A stretch of 64,000 nt of DNA from Tetramitus jugosus (lineage: Eukaryota > Protista > Heterolobosea): positions 1 through 64,000 of the forward strand of contig OW569359.1 in the NCBI GenBank assembly GCA_937625935.1, written 5' to 3'. Of the stretch, positions 10,101 through 20,403 are shown in pieces (the stretch's first letter is position 1; every line of letters starts with the position of its first letter). The notes beneath the pieces were generated by a model that searched no databases, had not been told where the DNA came from, and saw nothing but the letters and a program-made list of their open reading frames with translations. The position numbers were made by a program, and so were the translations under genes.

Positions 10101-13100
10101 GTGATAGAGTCACCATCAGTAGAAGCATTGGCAACGTTCCATTGAACATTTAGGTCTCTCCAATGAACTTTCTCATCTAGCACAATTGGTAGTGGCGCCT
10201 CGTTAGTGATAGAAATAGTGGCGGTTTGTTGAGCGAGAGAGGCACCATCGGAAACCTTGAATGTGAAACTAAAGCTTCCACCAATTAGGGATGCAGGAGG
10301 TACACCTGTAATCTTGGCGTTGTTGCCTTCAATTGTGATAGAAGATACAGCATTGGATGGAGAAACAGAACCAATGGAGTAAAGAGTGATTGTGTCTTCA
10401 TTTGGGTCTGAAGCACCTTGGACAAGATCGAAGAGCCTTCCATTCTTATAAGAGCTCCAATGGAAGCTGTCTGAGCGAGCAACAGGCAGTGGTGGGTCAT
10501 TTGTGACAACAACATCGGCCAATTGAGTGAACTGGCTCACTCCATCAGTAATAGTAAAAGTGAATTGAATATCACCAGATCCTACGTATCTTAGTCCATT
10601 AACAGCATCAGCCAACACATAAACAACCTTTCCAGTGCTTGTATTAGGAGTGGCTGTTCCCGTTCCCTTTGACCTAACAGCAGAAACCAAAGAGATGCTA
10701 TCCCCATTTGGATCAGAAGCAGGAGAAACGACATCCAATCCTCCATATGCACTATCAGTCAGAATTCTCCAATGGCGTTGCAATGTCTGTCTTTTGATTG
10801 TTGGTGGTGTGTTTGTCATTGTTACTGTTGCAGTAATAACAGAATCAGTAGTTCCATCAGTGTAGCCAAACGCAAAAACGTCAGCACCCATAGTGTTTGG
10901 CACTGGAATGTATGTCACATTACTATCACTGATTTTGTTGACTTGACCTGCTGGGTTTGGTGTTGCTTGCTTAGTGGTCAATTGCAAAGCCGTTGCAGAA
11001 GTAATTCCCGCTATCAAATCCAAACTGACGCCACTCTGGATATCGTTCCAGTGATATTGGAAGTATTTTTCACTCTCTGACACAGAGGTATACAAAACAG
11101 TAATATCAAGTGTACTTGTTGTGGTTTCGAGTCCATCACTAACAACATAGACAAACTTGTCAGTTCCAATCTGACCATCCTTTGGCAGATAGAAAATCTT
11201 GTTATTCTTGACTTCTGCAGTACCGTTATTCTTTGCATTTTGGGCGTCAGTAACAGACACAACACTGAGATATGGCGAATCTTCAGCATCAGCATCTGAA
11301 GCCTTGGAAAGCACATCAACATCCATTCCTGTCTTAATGTATTGTGGACTCAACTCGAATGCAATCGCGGCGGCAACAGGAGGATTGTTTTCAACGTTGA
11401 CAGTCACAGAAGCAGTGGCAGATGAAACACTATCAGACAATGTATATGTGAATACTCCCTTTCCTTTGCTCCATGAAGTAGTGTTAGAGAATCTCAATGT
11501 TGATGGATATCCAGAAACAGTGTTCACAACAACCTTGCCATTTCCATTCGTAGGTTGCGTAGCTGTCAAAGTTAGAGTATCTCCATCTGCATCATTCACA
11601 GAGGAGTATGGAGAAAATTCAGTGTAACCAGCATCTCTGAGTGTTCTCCAGTGAATAGATCTTGAAAGATCAGAGGCAGAAGGCTTATTTGCATTAGTGA
11701 CAGTTACTGATACAGTTGCAGGTTGAACTGATTGCTCAATATCCTTGATGAAATAGGTGAAAGTGGCAGTTCCCAATTTTGGTGTAGCAGGCACTGTGAA
11801 CTTCATCAATCCTCTCACATTGTCCTCAACGACTGCAGATCCAATTGTGGATGGATTTGCTGCAGTAGAGGAAGAGATTGTGAATGGATCATTGTTGGCA
11901 TCATTGTCATTTGAGAAGACATTGAATGAGGCGCTTCCAGTTCTCCAATGGAGGGAGTAGATGTCATTAACAGCCACAGGTTTTGCGTTGGTGATTGTGA
12001 TAGTAACAGTACCCTCAGTCCACTTATTCCAATCAGAGGCAACATACTTGAAGGTAGCAGAATCAACGATAGTCTGACTTGGGATGTAGCGTATTCCGGT
12101 TCTACCATTAGGGAGAGTAATAATACTTGCAGAACCACTGGTTGGAGTGGTGAAAGATTTAACATAGAGTGGGTCTTGCTCTGAATCGCTGTCATTGGCT
12201 AGAACATCAATAATGACACCATCAGTTGATCTCCAATGAACTGTACCAGAATCAGCGACAACCTTTGGAGCTGAATTTGTGATCGTAATTGTAACAGTAG
12301 CTGGAGAGACACTGGTATCGACTTCATCTGTTACGAAGTAGGTGAATGAATCAGTTCCAACAACACCATCAATTGGAACATACAAGAATTTGTTACCACT
12401 CAAAGTGACGGATCCCTTGGTTGGGTCAGTGAATGAAAGTACTCTAAGGACATCACCGTCATCATCGACATCATTATCCAATGGGCTAATGACAACAGAT
12501 CGATTCCAAAAAGTGGTGGCAGAATCTGCAACAGCAACTGGAATGGAATTCTTAATATCAACTTGAACCTTAGCAGTTGCACTCAATCCGAGATCATCAG
12601 AAACAGTGTACTCGAATCCGACTGATCCAATAGTAGAAGAAGCTTGGAAAACAACCTTCTTCTTATCACCTGAAATGGTAATGGTAGCAGCACCGGCAGG
12701 GGAAGAAGCAGAAACAGCGGTAATAGTCATAGGATCATTGTTTGGCTCCACATCATTATCCAAAACGCTGATTGTAACAGACTTCTTCTTGGTGACAGTA
12801 GAAACGTCATCCTTTGGAATTGGTGCTTCGTTGAAAACAGTGACAGAAACAGAGCCAACGTCAGTCAAACTCTTTGAAGCAGTCATCACGACATCTCTCA
12901 CAGTGTAGTCGAAAGTGTCAACACCAACAAATCCAGTTGGTGGAGTGTATCTCAAAACCTTGGCAGAGACCTTGGTGACCTTGCCTCCCTTGGTAGTTGT
13001 GATCGTACCATCAAGTGCAAGTTCCAAGTCGTCACCATTAGGATCATCATCATTGGAAATGACATCGATATCAGCATTGTTGTTTCTGCTGCACTCTGCA

Positions 13101-14473
13101 ACATCATCCTTGGCAATAGGTGCATCATTTTGAATCTTAAAATAGATGAAACCAGTTGATTCATCATAAGAGTCAGTCACTCTGAATTGAATGAAATCAT
13201 CTCTGTCATTACCCTTGTCTGGAGTATACAGGAAGTCATAGTAGTAAGTCTTGACATCGAACCAAGTTTCACCAGCGTACAATACTTGTGTTGTTCCAGA
13301 ACTTTCAATCAAACGAATAGTACCGTACTTTGGTTGTTGAATGATGGAAGCAGTCACTACATCCAACTTATCAATATCATCAAAAGTGAGACTACCTCTG
13401 TTTTCCTCACGATTCTTCTTGAATGTAAGAGTTTGATTCAATGCAGTAGGAGCAGTATTATAGACTTCAATAGTGGCAAAGGAAGTACCGGTTAATGGCT
13501 CAAAATCACTGATTTGGTACTCAATGCTGTCATAGTATGGTTCAGTGGTTGGAGCAGCCATGTAGGTTACCATAGTAGCGTCATCATTCAACATGGTAAC
13601 ACCTCTGGAGAAACCAATATAGGTAATGTTGATTGTATCGCCATTGACATCATAATCATTGGCCAATAAATCTAAAGTATGAACAAGATTCTTTCTCAAT
13701 CGGAAAGTATCGACTTGAGCAACAGGAGCATCGTTTTTCAAGGTAAAAGTCAGAGTTCCGTTACAAGTCTCATTTCTATCAGTTACAAAGTACACGAGTG
13801 ACTCAGTGAGACTGAATCCGTGTGCAGGTGTATAGTAAATGGTCTTGTTATCGAAATGAGCAGATCCACTGACAGAAGGCTGAGTAACATCCAACAAGAA
13901 CAACTCGTCATTGTCCACATCAGACACTTGCTTTCCGTTTTGTTCAATGGAGAATACATTGTAGGAATTGTCTTGAGAATTTCTTGACACTTCGAACTCA
14001 AAATCAGCACATTCTGGAGCACGATTCAACACTGTTACATTGACATAACCCTGGGATGAGAGTTTATCGTTGGTGACAGTGTATTCGAATGCATCAATAC
14101 CAGCATACTCACCATTGCCCTTGTAGGTCAATGATGTCTGATCAGTATTGATGGTAACTTGGCCAAAAGTAGGCTGGGTAACCTTGGAAATCTTGAGTGC
14201 GGATCCTTTTGGATCCCTATCATTGCTCAATGGATAGACCATGAGAGAATCAGGTTTGTAAACAGTGACGAAATCTGGTCTAGTAATGGGTGGTTGATAA
14301 CCAACACCAGTTCCTACCAGAATGACTGTTGCTACCGTTGCAGCTATCACTACACTTGTGACAACAACCCCTACGATTGTTTGACCAAGTGTTCCAAGCT
14401 TGAGCAGGGAAACGTTGGCGGCATTCATGCCAACAGTTTGCTGAGTGGACGAAATAATAACGTTATCGTCCAT
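7163..14473 (-). CDS. Giant type II membrane adhesin-like protein: N-terminal TM anchor, ~18-19 bacterial Ig/cadherin-like (Big_9-type) repeats, VWA domain, C-terminal possible beta-trefoil
   Basis: Uninterrupted 2436-aa ORF; hydrophobic IVGVVVTSVVIAATVATVILVG; repeated NxAPxAxDD / NDxDxDGD / YxP / DxFxYxVxD units; DIVFVLDGSGS MIDAS motif. Confidence 0.88.
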   Translation of the reverse strand: MDDNVIISSTQQTVGMNAANVSLLKLGTLGQTIVGVVVTSVVIAATVATVILVGTGVGYQPPITRPDFVTVYKPDSLMVYPLSNDRDPKGSALKISKVTQPTFGQVTINTDQTSLTYKGNGEYAGIDAFEYTVTNDKLSSQGYVNVTVLNRAPECADFEFEVSRNSQDNSYNVFSIEQNGKQVSDVDNDELFLLDVTQPSVSGSAHFDNKTIYYTPAHGFSLTESLVYFVTDRNETCNGTLTFTLKNDAPVAQVDTFRLRKNLVHTLDLLANDYDVNGDTINITYIGFSRGVTMLNDDATMVTYMAAPTTEPYYDSIEYQISDFEPLTGTSFATIEVYNTAPTALNQTLTFKKNREENRGSLTFDDIDKLDVVTASIIQQPKYGTIRLIESSGTTQVLYAGETWFDVKTYYYDFLYTPDKGNDRDDFIQFRVTDSYDESTGFIYFKIQNDAPIAKDDVAECSRNNNADIDVISNDDDPNGDDLELALDGTITTTKGGKVTKVSAKVLRYTPPTGFVGVDTFDYTVRDVVMTASKSLTDVGSVSVTVFNEAPIPKDDVSTVTKKKSVTISVLDNDVEPNNDPMTITAVSASSPAGAATITISGDKKKVVFQASSTIGSVGFEYTVSDDLGLSATAKVQVDIKNSIPVAVADSATTFWNRSVVISPLDNDVDDDGDVLRVLSFTDPTKGSVTLSGNKFLYVPIDGVVGTDSFTYFVTDEVDTSVSPATVTITITNSAPKVVADSGTVHWRSTDGVIIDVLANDSDSEQDPLYVKSFTTPTSGSASIITLPNGRTGIRYIPSQTIVDSATFKYVASDWNKWTEGTVTITITNAKPVAVNDIYSLHWRTGSASFNVFSNDNDANNDPFTISSSTAANPSTIGSAVVEDNVRGLMKFTVPATPKLGTATFTYFIKDIEQSVQPATVSVTVTNANKPSASDLSRSIHWRTLRDAGYTEFSPYSSVNDADGDTLTLTATQPTNGNGKVVVNTVSGYPSTLRFSNTTSWSKGKGVFTYTLSDSVSSATASVTVNVENNPPVAAAIAFELSPQYIKTGMDVDVLSKASDADAEDSPYLSVVSVTDAQNAKNNGTAEVKNNKIFYLPKDGQIGTDKFVYVVSDGLETTTSTLDITVLYTSVSESEKYFQYHWNDIQSGVSLDLIAGITSATALQLTTKQATPNPAGQVNKISDSNVTYIPVPNTMGADVFAFGYTDGTTDSVITATVTMTNTPPTIKRQTLQRHWRILTDSAYGGLDVVSPASDPNGDSISLVSAVRSKGTGTATPNTSTGKVVYVLADAVNGLRYVGSGDIQFTFTITDGVSQFTQLADVVVTNDPPLPVARSDSFHWSSYKNGRLFDLVQGASDPNEDTITLYSIGSVSPSNAVSSITIEGNNAKITGVPPASLIGGSFSFTFKVSDGASLAQQTATISITNEAPLPIVLDEKVHWRDLNVQWNVANASTDGDSITVKSITSSLGTITSNRVTSPTGTSKIVYNPTSALGKEKLTYTLTDGIEDIVVVGSIEVYNNAPVAQAYTGEYHWKNVSSLTYTAKADATDVDLLDKDNLSVLDNFDGKNNGDSVTIDDAGVITVTPGLTSKAAGKLNVKYYVTDGKAVSTGLIQLTFTNAPPIASDKNISLKRFYGVSRYTLNGDNSLMIATATDGDSDPLTLTVVSGGQKKAGTQFDVDITIASEYSTSPQTVEFVYNDGLVNSEKATATIQFTNDAPVCQDAELVLTKGETKSITVQCNDGNNDPITISTPNPLPSQLTRDGSTFTFKAPTGTRVTHTVPFVGKDGVGASGSATLTVRVSSQLPISKDYTWNLLARRDSNSDSLDYQSVTNAHDPDGDALTFTVRSWNCQTGSTPVSNGISLTFNSAKQLVFTRPFTFSSGTCQVVVRSTDLDSDYVEKNVNIVITTQGLNAVGRSIVVDHKEGTFFSLTDAQIMLNDNDPLGGTLVFTKFYTNSADCTPGSGFCGNTQPTNPSSGTWRFSQTSVECQTQRFRYEFKSAQDDAQKGYAIIDVRFQKCTCVKPLDIVFVLDGSGSVGSSNFQSMARFVRDIVAPLDIGSSDTQVQVGIVLFNGGVSTHLALSNSRTQVNNAIDSLYWPRGLTNIRSAVLRAEDILLKGRGPEIPKMIITIFDGEPNVPCSCSACNSAAHIGNAEKCQSSRYPSRTCSDCSSGNPLKCNPCGDVLTESLRINGRKPGHALGYWRIMSIGVGPFLSNKSARDLIGDLSYDASLSLAVDWNQLNTIVETIQSQSCDLVDTSTPSKIFTETNEILLYCGQIIGISQSTNNWFVQDTSSTIKLTDVDFNPSNNRGNLFQVTNCGSFGTKLTYSSSYFNLWSLATQKYITIASDGTLYASSDSVPSVKFTFIAGSGNIKSWTNLRIYTSTGRYIVSTAARAYTSSSYSTLYVQAVSYNNIAYRVGLPDALDFKTPITNMNMEGA

Positions 14474-15189
14474 CTTTGAGAACTAAAAAGATTAGTATTA
14501 TTACAAGAAGTGTTCAGTATGTGTAAATATATGTGATTATGGTTTTGGAGTGTTAGAACCATTGGTTGAAAAATGAAGAAATAGTTTTGGCATGTGACAC
14601 ACGATGCCGAGGTCAACTGCCAACCAGAAGTTTCGATTCCGAGGGGATACATACGAAATGAACGAAACATTGCTTTTTTTGGTTGATTTGATGTCTCATT
14701 GGATGATGGCTGATGCTTGTCGCATCCGATTGTCCGCTAATATCTTGCTATCGAATGCAATCGCAAATGCGAGATATACATGACTTGATTCAGCAACCTA
14801 CAAGTTGAACCACCACATCAAATAGAAGTGTGATACAACCAAATTTGAATAGGATGGAACACCCAATAAAGACTGACGGGCACGAAAGTCGATTAACAAC
14901 ACATTGATTACATTTGGGGAAAAAATATATCGAGCAACACACTCTTGCTCTTCTCTTACGAAACTTTTCTGTGTTAAAATTCGGAGCGCGTTTGTTAGTA
15001 GATCACGGATGAGCAAGCACGAGGTCAATACGAAGTTTGAGTTTAAAAACAATCCCTAAGAAGATCTCCGACAGAATATAAGAGTTGTTGAGCTGCTCTC
15101 AAAATGGGCTCTCGCCTTTTTGATAAAATCATCGTCTCCTCCGCTATTAGACCAATCGAGTATGTTCACTATCTGTTAAATAAATCAAT

Positions 15190-15973
15190 ATCTTCTCTGT
15201 GATTGATGATTGATTCTCACATCCATTCATTTTGAGTGTGAATGCCCTTCGGATGAGGAAATGCGTTGTCTGATTTGAATACAATAACTCATGTCAAGTA
15301 AGTGTGTATGTGGAAATGCATTGACCGTAATTTGATTGCAATAGCTGATATTGAGCGTGTGTAAACTAGTCAAATACTGTCTCGACTTTGGCTGTTTCAA
15401 TTGAGCGCGGTGAAATTGCTTCTCATGAGAAATTAGCGCAATTGCTAGAGCGAACTGACATCAAAGAATGACTGAGTTCTTTCGAACATGAACTTTGGGA
15501 CAAAAGAGGTAGTAAACCTTTTTCCTGAGCCCTACTATTCCCAACTTTGGCTCAATAATCTTGAAGTGTTGATGATTACTTGGAAAAATATGATTCTGAT
15601 CCTCGTGACTCTTATCAAAGAAGCAAAAGCAGGTGGATTTTAAAAACTCTGCAATTACCAGTAAAACTGTCACAGGAGCAATTGTCAATACAGTGCAGTG
15701 CTTGGCCACTTTGCATACATGCCTTTTGGAAATCGATAATAATGAGTGTATGAATCGCAGTCAAGTATGACAAAGATCTGTGATTTGAGTGCAATAACTC
15801 ATATCGAGAGTCTCGATATGCCAGATTAGGAAATGTTCTGTCTGTAATTTGATTGCAATTCCAGTCAAATGAGAAATGCATGATCGGTCGATAACCCATT
15901 TTAAGTTTGTGAATGCCTTCCAAGTATGGAAGTGCTCACCACCACTGATGAATTTTTGCCCCCAAGTTAGCAT
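15190..15973 (-). pseudogene. Degenerate leucine-rich-repeat gene (22-aa xIHTLDMSYCxQITDxAFxHL-type repeats)
   Basis: Fragments in several frames: YLTSLHTLNISYCNQITVNAFPH, LDMSYCIQI-DNAFPHPKGIHT, IETLDMSYCTQITD, CNQITDRTFPNL, SYLTAIHTL. Confidence 0.75.
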
Positions 15974-16403
15974 TAAACAGTGTTCCTTTTGCTAACCGAA
16001 ACCAATCCAATCTCAGAGTCATTCAAAGAACTCATCTGTTTTCTCCTCTTGTTGGACCATGATTGCACTCACTTGTATCTTCTTATCTTGACCCCATAGT
16101 CAGAAAATTCAATGATCGTTCCTAGCAAAGTGAAGAACATATTTCACACCGAGGTGCGTCATCCTATCTATTTTATTTTCGCCTGCGTTCAAGCAAGGAG
16201 AAATAATCTGCAACGGAACTACCAATTTCGCGGTTCTACAATACTGGTCGACCAGCGAGGAGAAAAATAAACTCCAAAAGAGTTGTAGGTCATATCCCTA
16301 GTCGACAGTTGACATGAGGTAGCCCTGGGCCCAGGTGACTCACTGGCTTCATAACTCCTCTGCACAACTTCCCAGCACAAGGACAACATCACACAACCAA
16401 AGA

Positions 16404-18020
16404 ATGCTGAAAACACGTTGCACGAGAAGAAACTTGTTCCGTTTGTTCATTCTCATTGTTGTCTTCCTAAACTTCACCGCCCTTTATCGATACTTGCTGC
16501 CTTATCGTGATACTTTCCAATCAAAAAGGCCACTCCCCCTTCCACTTGAGAGCATATGGCCCATGTTGAGGAACGAAACTAAGCAGTACAGCACATGTAA
16601 GTTCATTGTCCCATCTCACCCATTAAAGGTCAAGCGATTGAATGACACATACAGTGGGTCATGCTCACCCAAGCATACATGGTTCGATCCTGATTCTCAA
16701 ACCATTCGAATGAAATGTTTGAACGAATCACACATACCCTTCCTATTTAATCACAAGGGGAGTTATCATCCTGATTCGAGTGATGGGCTGTGGAAATTGT
16801 TCCCTGAAGTTTCAGGCAAAACATATTCGGTTGAAGGGATGGGAATGATCCATACCGCGTGTGTAGATGTTGATAAGGAGAGAAGTTATCATAACTTTTT
16901 CGTTCAAGCTGTCAGGGATGAAGCGTTGGCAACAGAGAGGAAGAACTCGAGGGACAAATACACGACAGTGTTTGGTATAGAAGAGAATGAACTTGTCCCT
17001 CCGCTTGATATTCGAGTGATTGTATTGGATTGTGTCTCGAGAGATTTCTTTCATCGACACTTTGTCCACACAAGAGAGTATTTGAAAGAGTTGAATCAGA
17101 CAGAGGGAATCAATGTGATAGAGTTTGAGCAGTACCAAGTGTTGGCTCTCAACACCCTTCCGAACATGTATCAATTTGCAACGGCAAAGACTCTGAATGA
17201 GATTAATTCAACAAGTAAAGTTGAGTCAATTGTATCGAAACGACTGGGAGATAGACTCAACAGTGGATCAATGACTATCCCCTTACTGTGGGATTACTTA
17301 CATTCCATGGGTTATATTTCATCTGTAGGAGAAGATGTGGGAAGAGAATCGAGAGCTGCGACACAAATTTATGGTTATCGAAGACCAAAACCCACTTATC
17401 ATGTGGATCCAATTTTCCCTGCAACATTTCAATATGCTTATAATACTTTGAAGAACAAATTCATTTACAATTCACAAAAGTGTCCATGTGTTGGTGACAA
17501 GTTTATCAGCGAATTGCCGTTTCAGTTCTCAAGATCATTCATTGAAAAGTATCATGATATTCCAAAGTTTTTAATGACTGTTCACAACGAAGCACACGAT
17601 GCGGTTGGCAATCACGCATATATGCTGGATCCGGAAGTTAAGAATCACCTCAAATGGCTGCATGAATCAGATAGAATGAGAAATACAGCAATATTGCTTG
17701 TGGCTGATCATGGTATGCATTATGGCCCTCTTTTTCATATCAACAAAACGAGAGCTCAATATGAGCATGATCGTCCCTTTGCAGCATTCATACTTCCAAA
17801 GCGAATCACGAGTGAGCGACTAAAACAGAATGCAAAGGAAATGGTGAATATACGAGATTTTCACATGACTATCAGGGACCTAGCTTCCTTTCCAAGAAGA
17901 AGTACAGAAGGCGCAACTTCTTCAATAGCAAGATCTCTATTGTTTGAATCAATCAACAACAGAACTTGTGAAGAGATGAATGTAGGACATGAATACCGAT
18001 CATCATGCGGGAAGAACTGA
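16404..18020 (+). CDS. DUF229-like type II membrane protein, alkaline-phosphatase/sulfatase superfamily
   Basis: ATG 16404; N-terminal TM FILIVVFLNFTALY; VLDCVSR, NTLPN, EAHD, ADHG motifs. Confidence 0.85.
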   Translation: MLKTRCTRRNLFRLFILIVVFLNFTALYRYLLPYRDTFQSKRPLPLPLESIWPMLRNETKQYSTCKFIVPSHPLKVKRLNDTYSGSCSPKHTWFDPDSQTIRMKCLNESHIPFLFNHKGSYHPDSSDGLWKLFPEVSGKTYSVEGMGMIHTACVDVDKERSYHNFFVQAVRDEALATERKNSRDKYTTVFGIEENELVPPLDIRVIVLDCVSRDFFHRHFVHTREYLKELNQTEGINVIEFEQYQVLALNTLPNMYQFATAKTLNEINSTSKVESIVSKRLGDRLNSGSMTIPLLWDYLHSMGYISSVGEDVGRESRAATQIYGYRRPKPTYHVDPIFPATFQYAYNTLKNKFIYNSQKCPCVGDKFISELPFQFSRSFIEKYHDIPKFLMTVHNEAHDAVGNHAYMLDPEVKNHLKWLHESDRMRNTAILLVADHGMHYGPLFHINKTRAQYEHDRPFAAFILPKRITSERLKQNAKEMVNIRDFHMTIRDLASFPRRSTEGATSSIARSLLFESINNRTCEEMNVGHEYRSSCGKN

Positions 18021-18199
18021 GAGTTACAATCCTTATTGAATGAGGTGAGCGTCCTCATTCACTCCTTTTAATTATGCGTTGTTACATGACATGTACTCAT
18101 TGTCGGGGTTACTGCCTTGTATTACTACATGTTGTTGAGCTATTTTAGTTTTTGGTTGGAGATTACAGCTTGGTCTTCAAACCTCAGGAGGTTTAGGTT

Positions 18200-19370
18200 T
18201 TGACAATCAAAACGCGTTGCACGAGAAGAAACTTGTTCCGTTTGTTCATTCTCATTGTTGTCTTCCTAAACTTCACCGCCTTTTATCGATACTGGGAGCC
18301 TGATAGTGATGCTTTGTACTTCCTGTCAAAACACAAACTTCCACTCTGGAGAATATGGTCAATGTTGAGAAATGAAGCTCAGCAGTATAACACATGTAAG
18401 TTCATTGTCCCAAGTCATCCACTAATGATCAAGCGATTGAATGACACATATAGTGGGTCATGCTCACCCAAACATACATGGTTCGATCCTGAACCATTCG
18501 AATGAAATGTTTGAACGAATCACACATACCCTTCCTATTTAATCACAAGGGGAGTTATCATCCTGATTCGAGTGATAGGAGATGGAAATTGTTTCCCAGG
18601 GAGGAAGCTTCTGACAAAGATTATTCGGTTGAAGGGATGGGAATGATCCATACCGCGTGTGTAGATGTTGATAAGGAGAGAAGTTATCATAACTTTTTCG
18701 TTCAAGCTGTCAGGGATGAAGCGTTGGCAACAGAGAGAAAAAAACACGAGAGACAAATACACGACAGTGTTTGGTACAAAAGAGAATGAATTGGGCACTC
18801 CACTTGACCTTCGAGTGATTGTATTGGATTGTGTCTCGAGAGATTTCTTTCATCGACACTTTGTCCACACAAGAGAGTATTTGAAAGAGTTGAATCAGAC
18901 AGAGGGAATCAATGTGATAGAGTTTGAGCAGTACCAAGTGTTGGCTCTCAACACCCTTCCGAACATGTATCAATTTGCAACGGCAAAGACTCTGGATGAA
19001 ATTAAGTCGACAAGTAAAGTTGAGTCAATTGTAGAGGAGAGACTGGGGAATCGACTCGACGGTGGATCAATGACTATCCCCTTACTGTGGGATTACTTAC
19101 ATTCCATGGGTTATATTTCATCTGTAGGAGAAGATGTGGGAAGAAAATCGAGAGCTGCGACACAAATTTATGGTTATCGAAGACCAAAACCCACTTATCA
19201 TGTGGATCCAATTTTCCCTGCAACATTTCAATATGTTTATGATACTTTGAAGAACTCTTTCATTTACAATTCACAAAAGTGTCCATGTGTTGGTGACAAG
19301 TTTGTCAGTGATTTGGCGTTTCAGTTCTCAAGATCATTCATTGAAAAGTATCATGATATTCCAAAGTTTT
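18200..19370 (+). pseudogene. Tandem, frameshifted and 3'-truncated duplicate of the DUF229-like gene
   Basis: Long near-identical stretches to 16410-17570; no ATG at the equivalent start; deletion near 18491, +1 in an A-run near 18740; homology ends at ~19370. Confidence 0.9.
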
Positions 19371-19625
19371 TCATACTCTCGCTGAGGTTAGGGCTTCTTT
19401 TTCGAAATGAAGCTAAACTACTCTCTTTATCAAAGATTAACAAAATTGGTTGCCGATATCTCCTAAACTCTCTGATACACATTGTTGAGTATGGTCTTCT
19501 TCCATGACTTATCGCGAGACTATTGATGAGGTTTTCGAGAAACGTAGATTACGTACGACAAATCCTATTGTCTGATTACTGAGTAGAGACTACAGTACGT
19601 TTGTTGCCTGTAAAGCTCTTCATAT

Positions 19626-20192
19626 TCATGCCTTTCCATCATCAGTAATAATACCATTATCGTCTTCTTCTTTGATTGTTTCATCAACTGAAGCAGTGGA
19701 AGTGAGAATTCCCTTCATACTGTCGCCGTCAAGCTCTTCTTCTCCTACTTTTACTTCTTCCAAATTAATATCTGACCGTCTGGGCAAGTCCATCATATGA
19801 TACCGTATCTTGAGTGGTACTTTAGATGACAATGGACTGTTGCTTGTCCATCGTTCCCTGTTTGTAACATCGGCCAATTGACTGAGGCGTTTTTCAACCG
19901 CACTCTTTCCCTTCTTGCTCTTGGAGTGCTTCACAGCCCATTCAAACTGTAAAACTTGTTGCTTTGTTTGGAAACCATGCACCGTGAGAGCCACCATCCA
20001 TGGACCACATCCCTTCTTTCCCGTCGTATATTTCGCACCGCCCTTTATTTCTCCGTTGTGTTGGCGCAATCGTCGGACTAAATTATTGGTGGTTCCGACG
20101 TAGGACAGATTGTTGGTGGTGGAGCGAAGAACATAGCATAGGAATTGCTGTGTTGAACAAGTTCCAATCTTTCCCATTGTCAATTTGATCAT
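19626..20192 (-). CDS. SLX1: SLX1-like GIY-YIG endonuclease lacking the C-terminal Zn/RING domain
   Basis: CYVL...YVGTTNNLVRRLRQHNGEIKGGAKYT...PW...VHGF...LQFEWA. Confidence 0.8.
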   Translation of the reverse strand: MIKLTMGKIGTCSTQQFLCYVLRSTTNNLSYVGTTNNLVRRLRQHNGEIKGGAKYTTGKKGCGPWMVALTVHGFQTKQQVLQFEWAVKHSKSKKGKSAVEKRLSQLADVTNRERWTSNSPLSSKVPLKIRYHMMDLPRRSDINLEEVKVGEEELDGDSMKGILTSTASVDETIKEEDDNGIITDDGKA

Positions 20193-20403
20193 GCGCGAGT
20201 TGTTGTTTTCGAGACTTTTTACTGATGTTCAACGAAATTGTCGGGTTTTGTGAAATTTTCCCGTTCAGTCGCAGGCACAGCCACAACTACAACAGGTACA
20301 CTACTAGAACTGTACCGTGGATAACCAAGGACAATGCAACGGAGAACATCACATGGAGATTCCTTGCAGTGTATGGTACAAGATAAGATGCTGATGGCGA
20401 TTG

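Noticed and set aside
14600-14660. tRNA-like TTCGATTCC
   Set aside because: No cloverleaf; no tRNA or rRNA gene was recognised anywhere in the window
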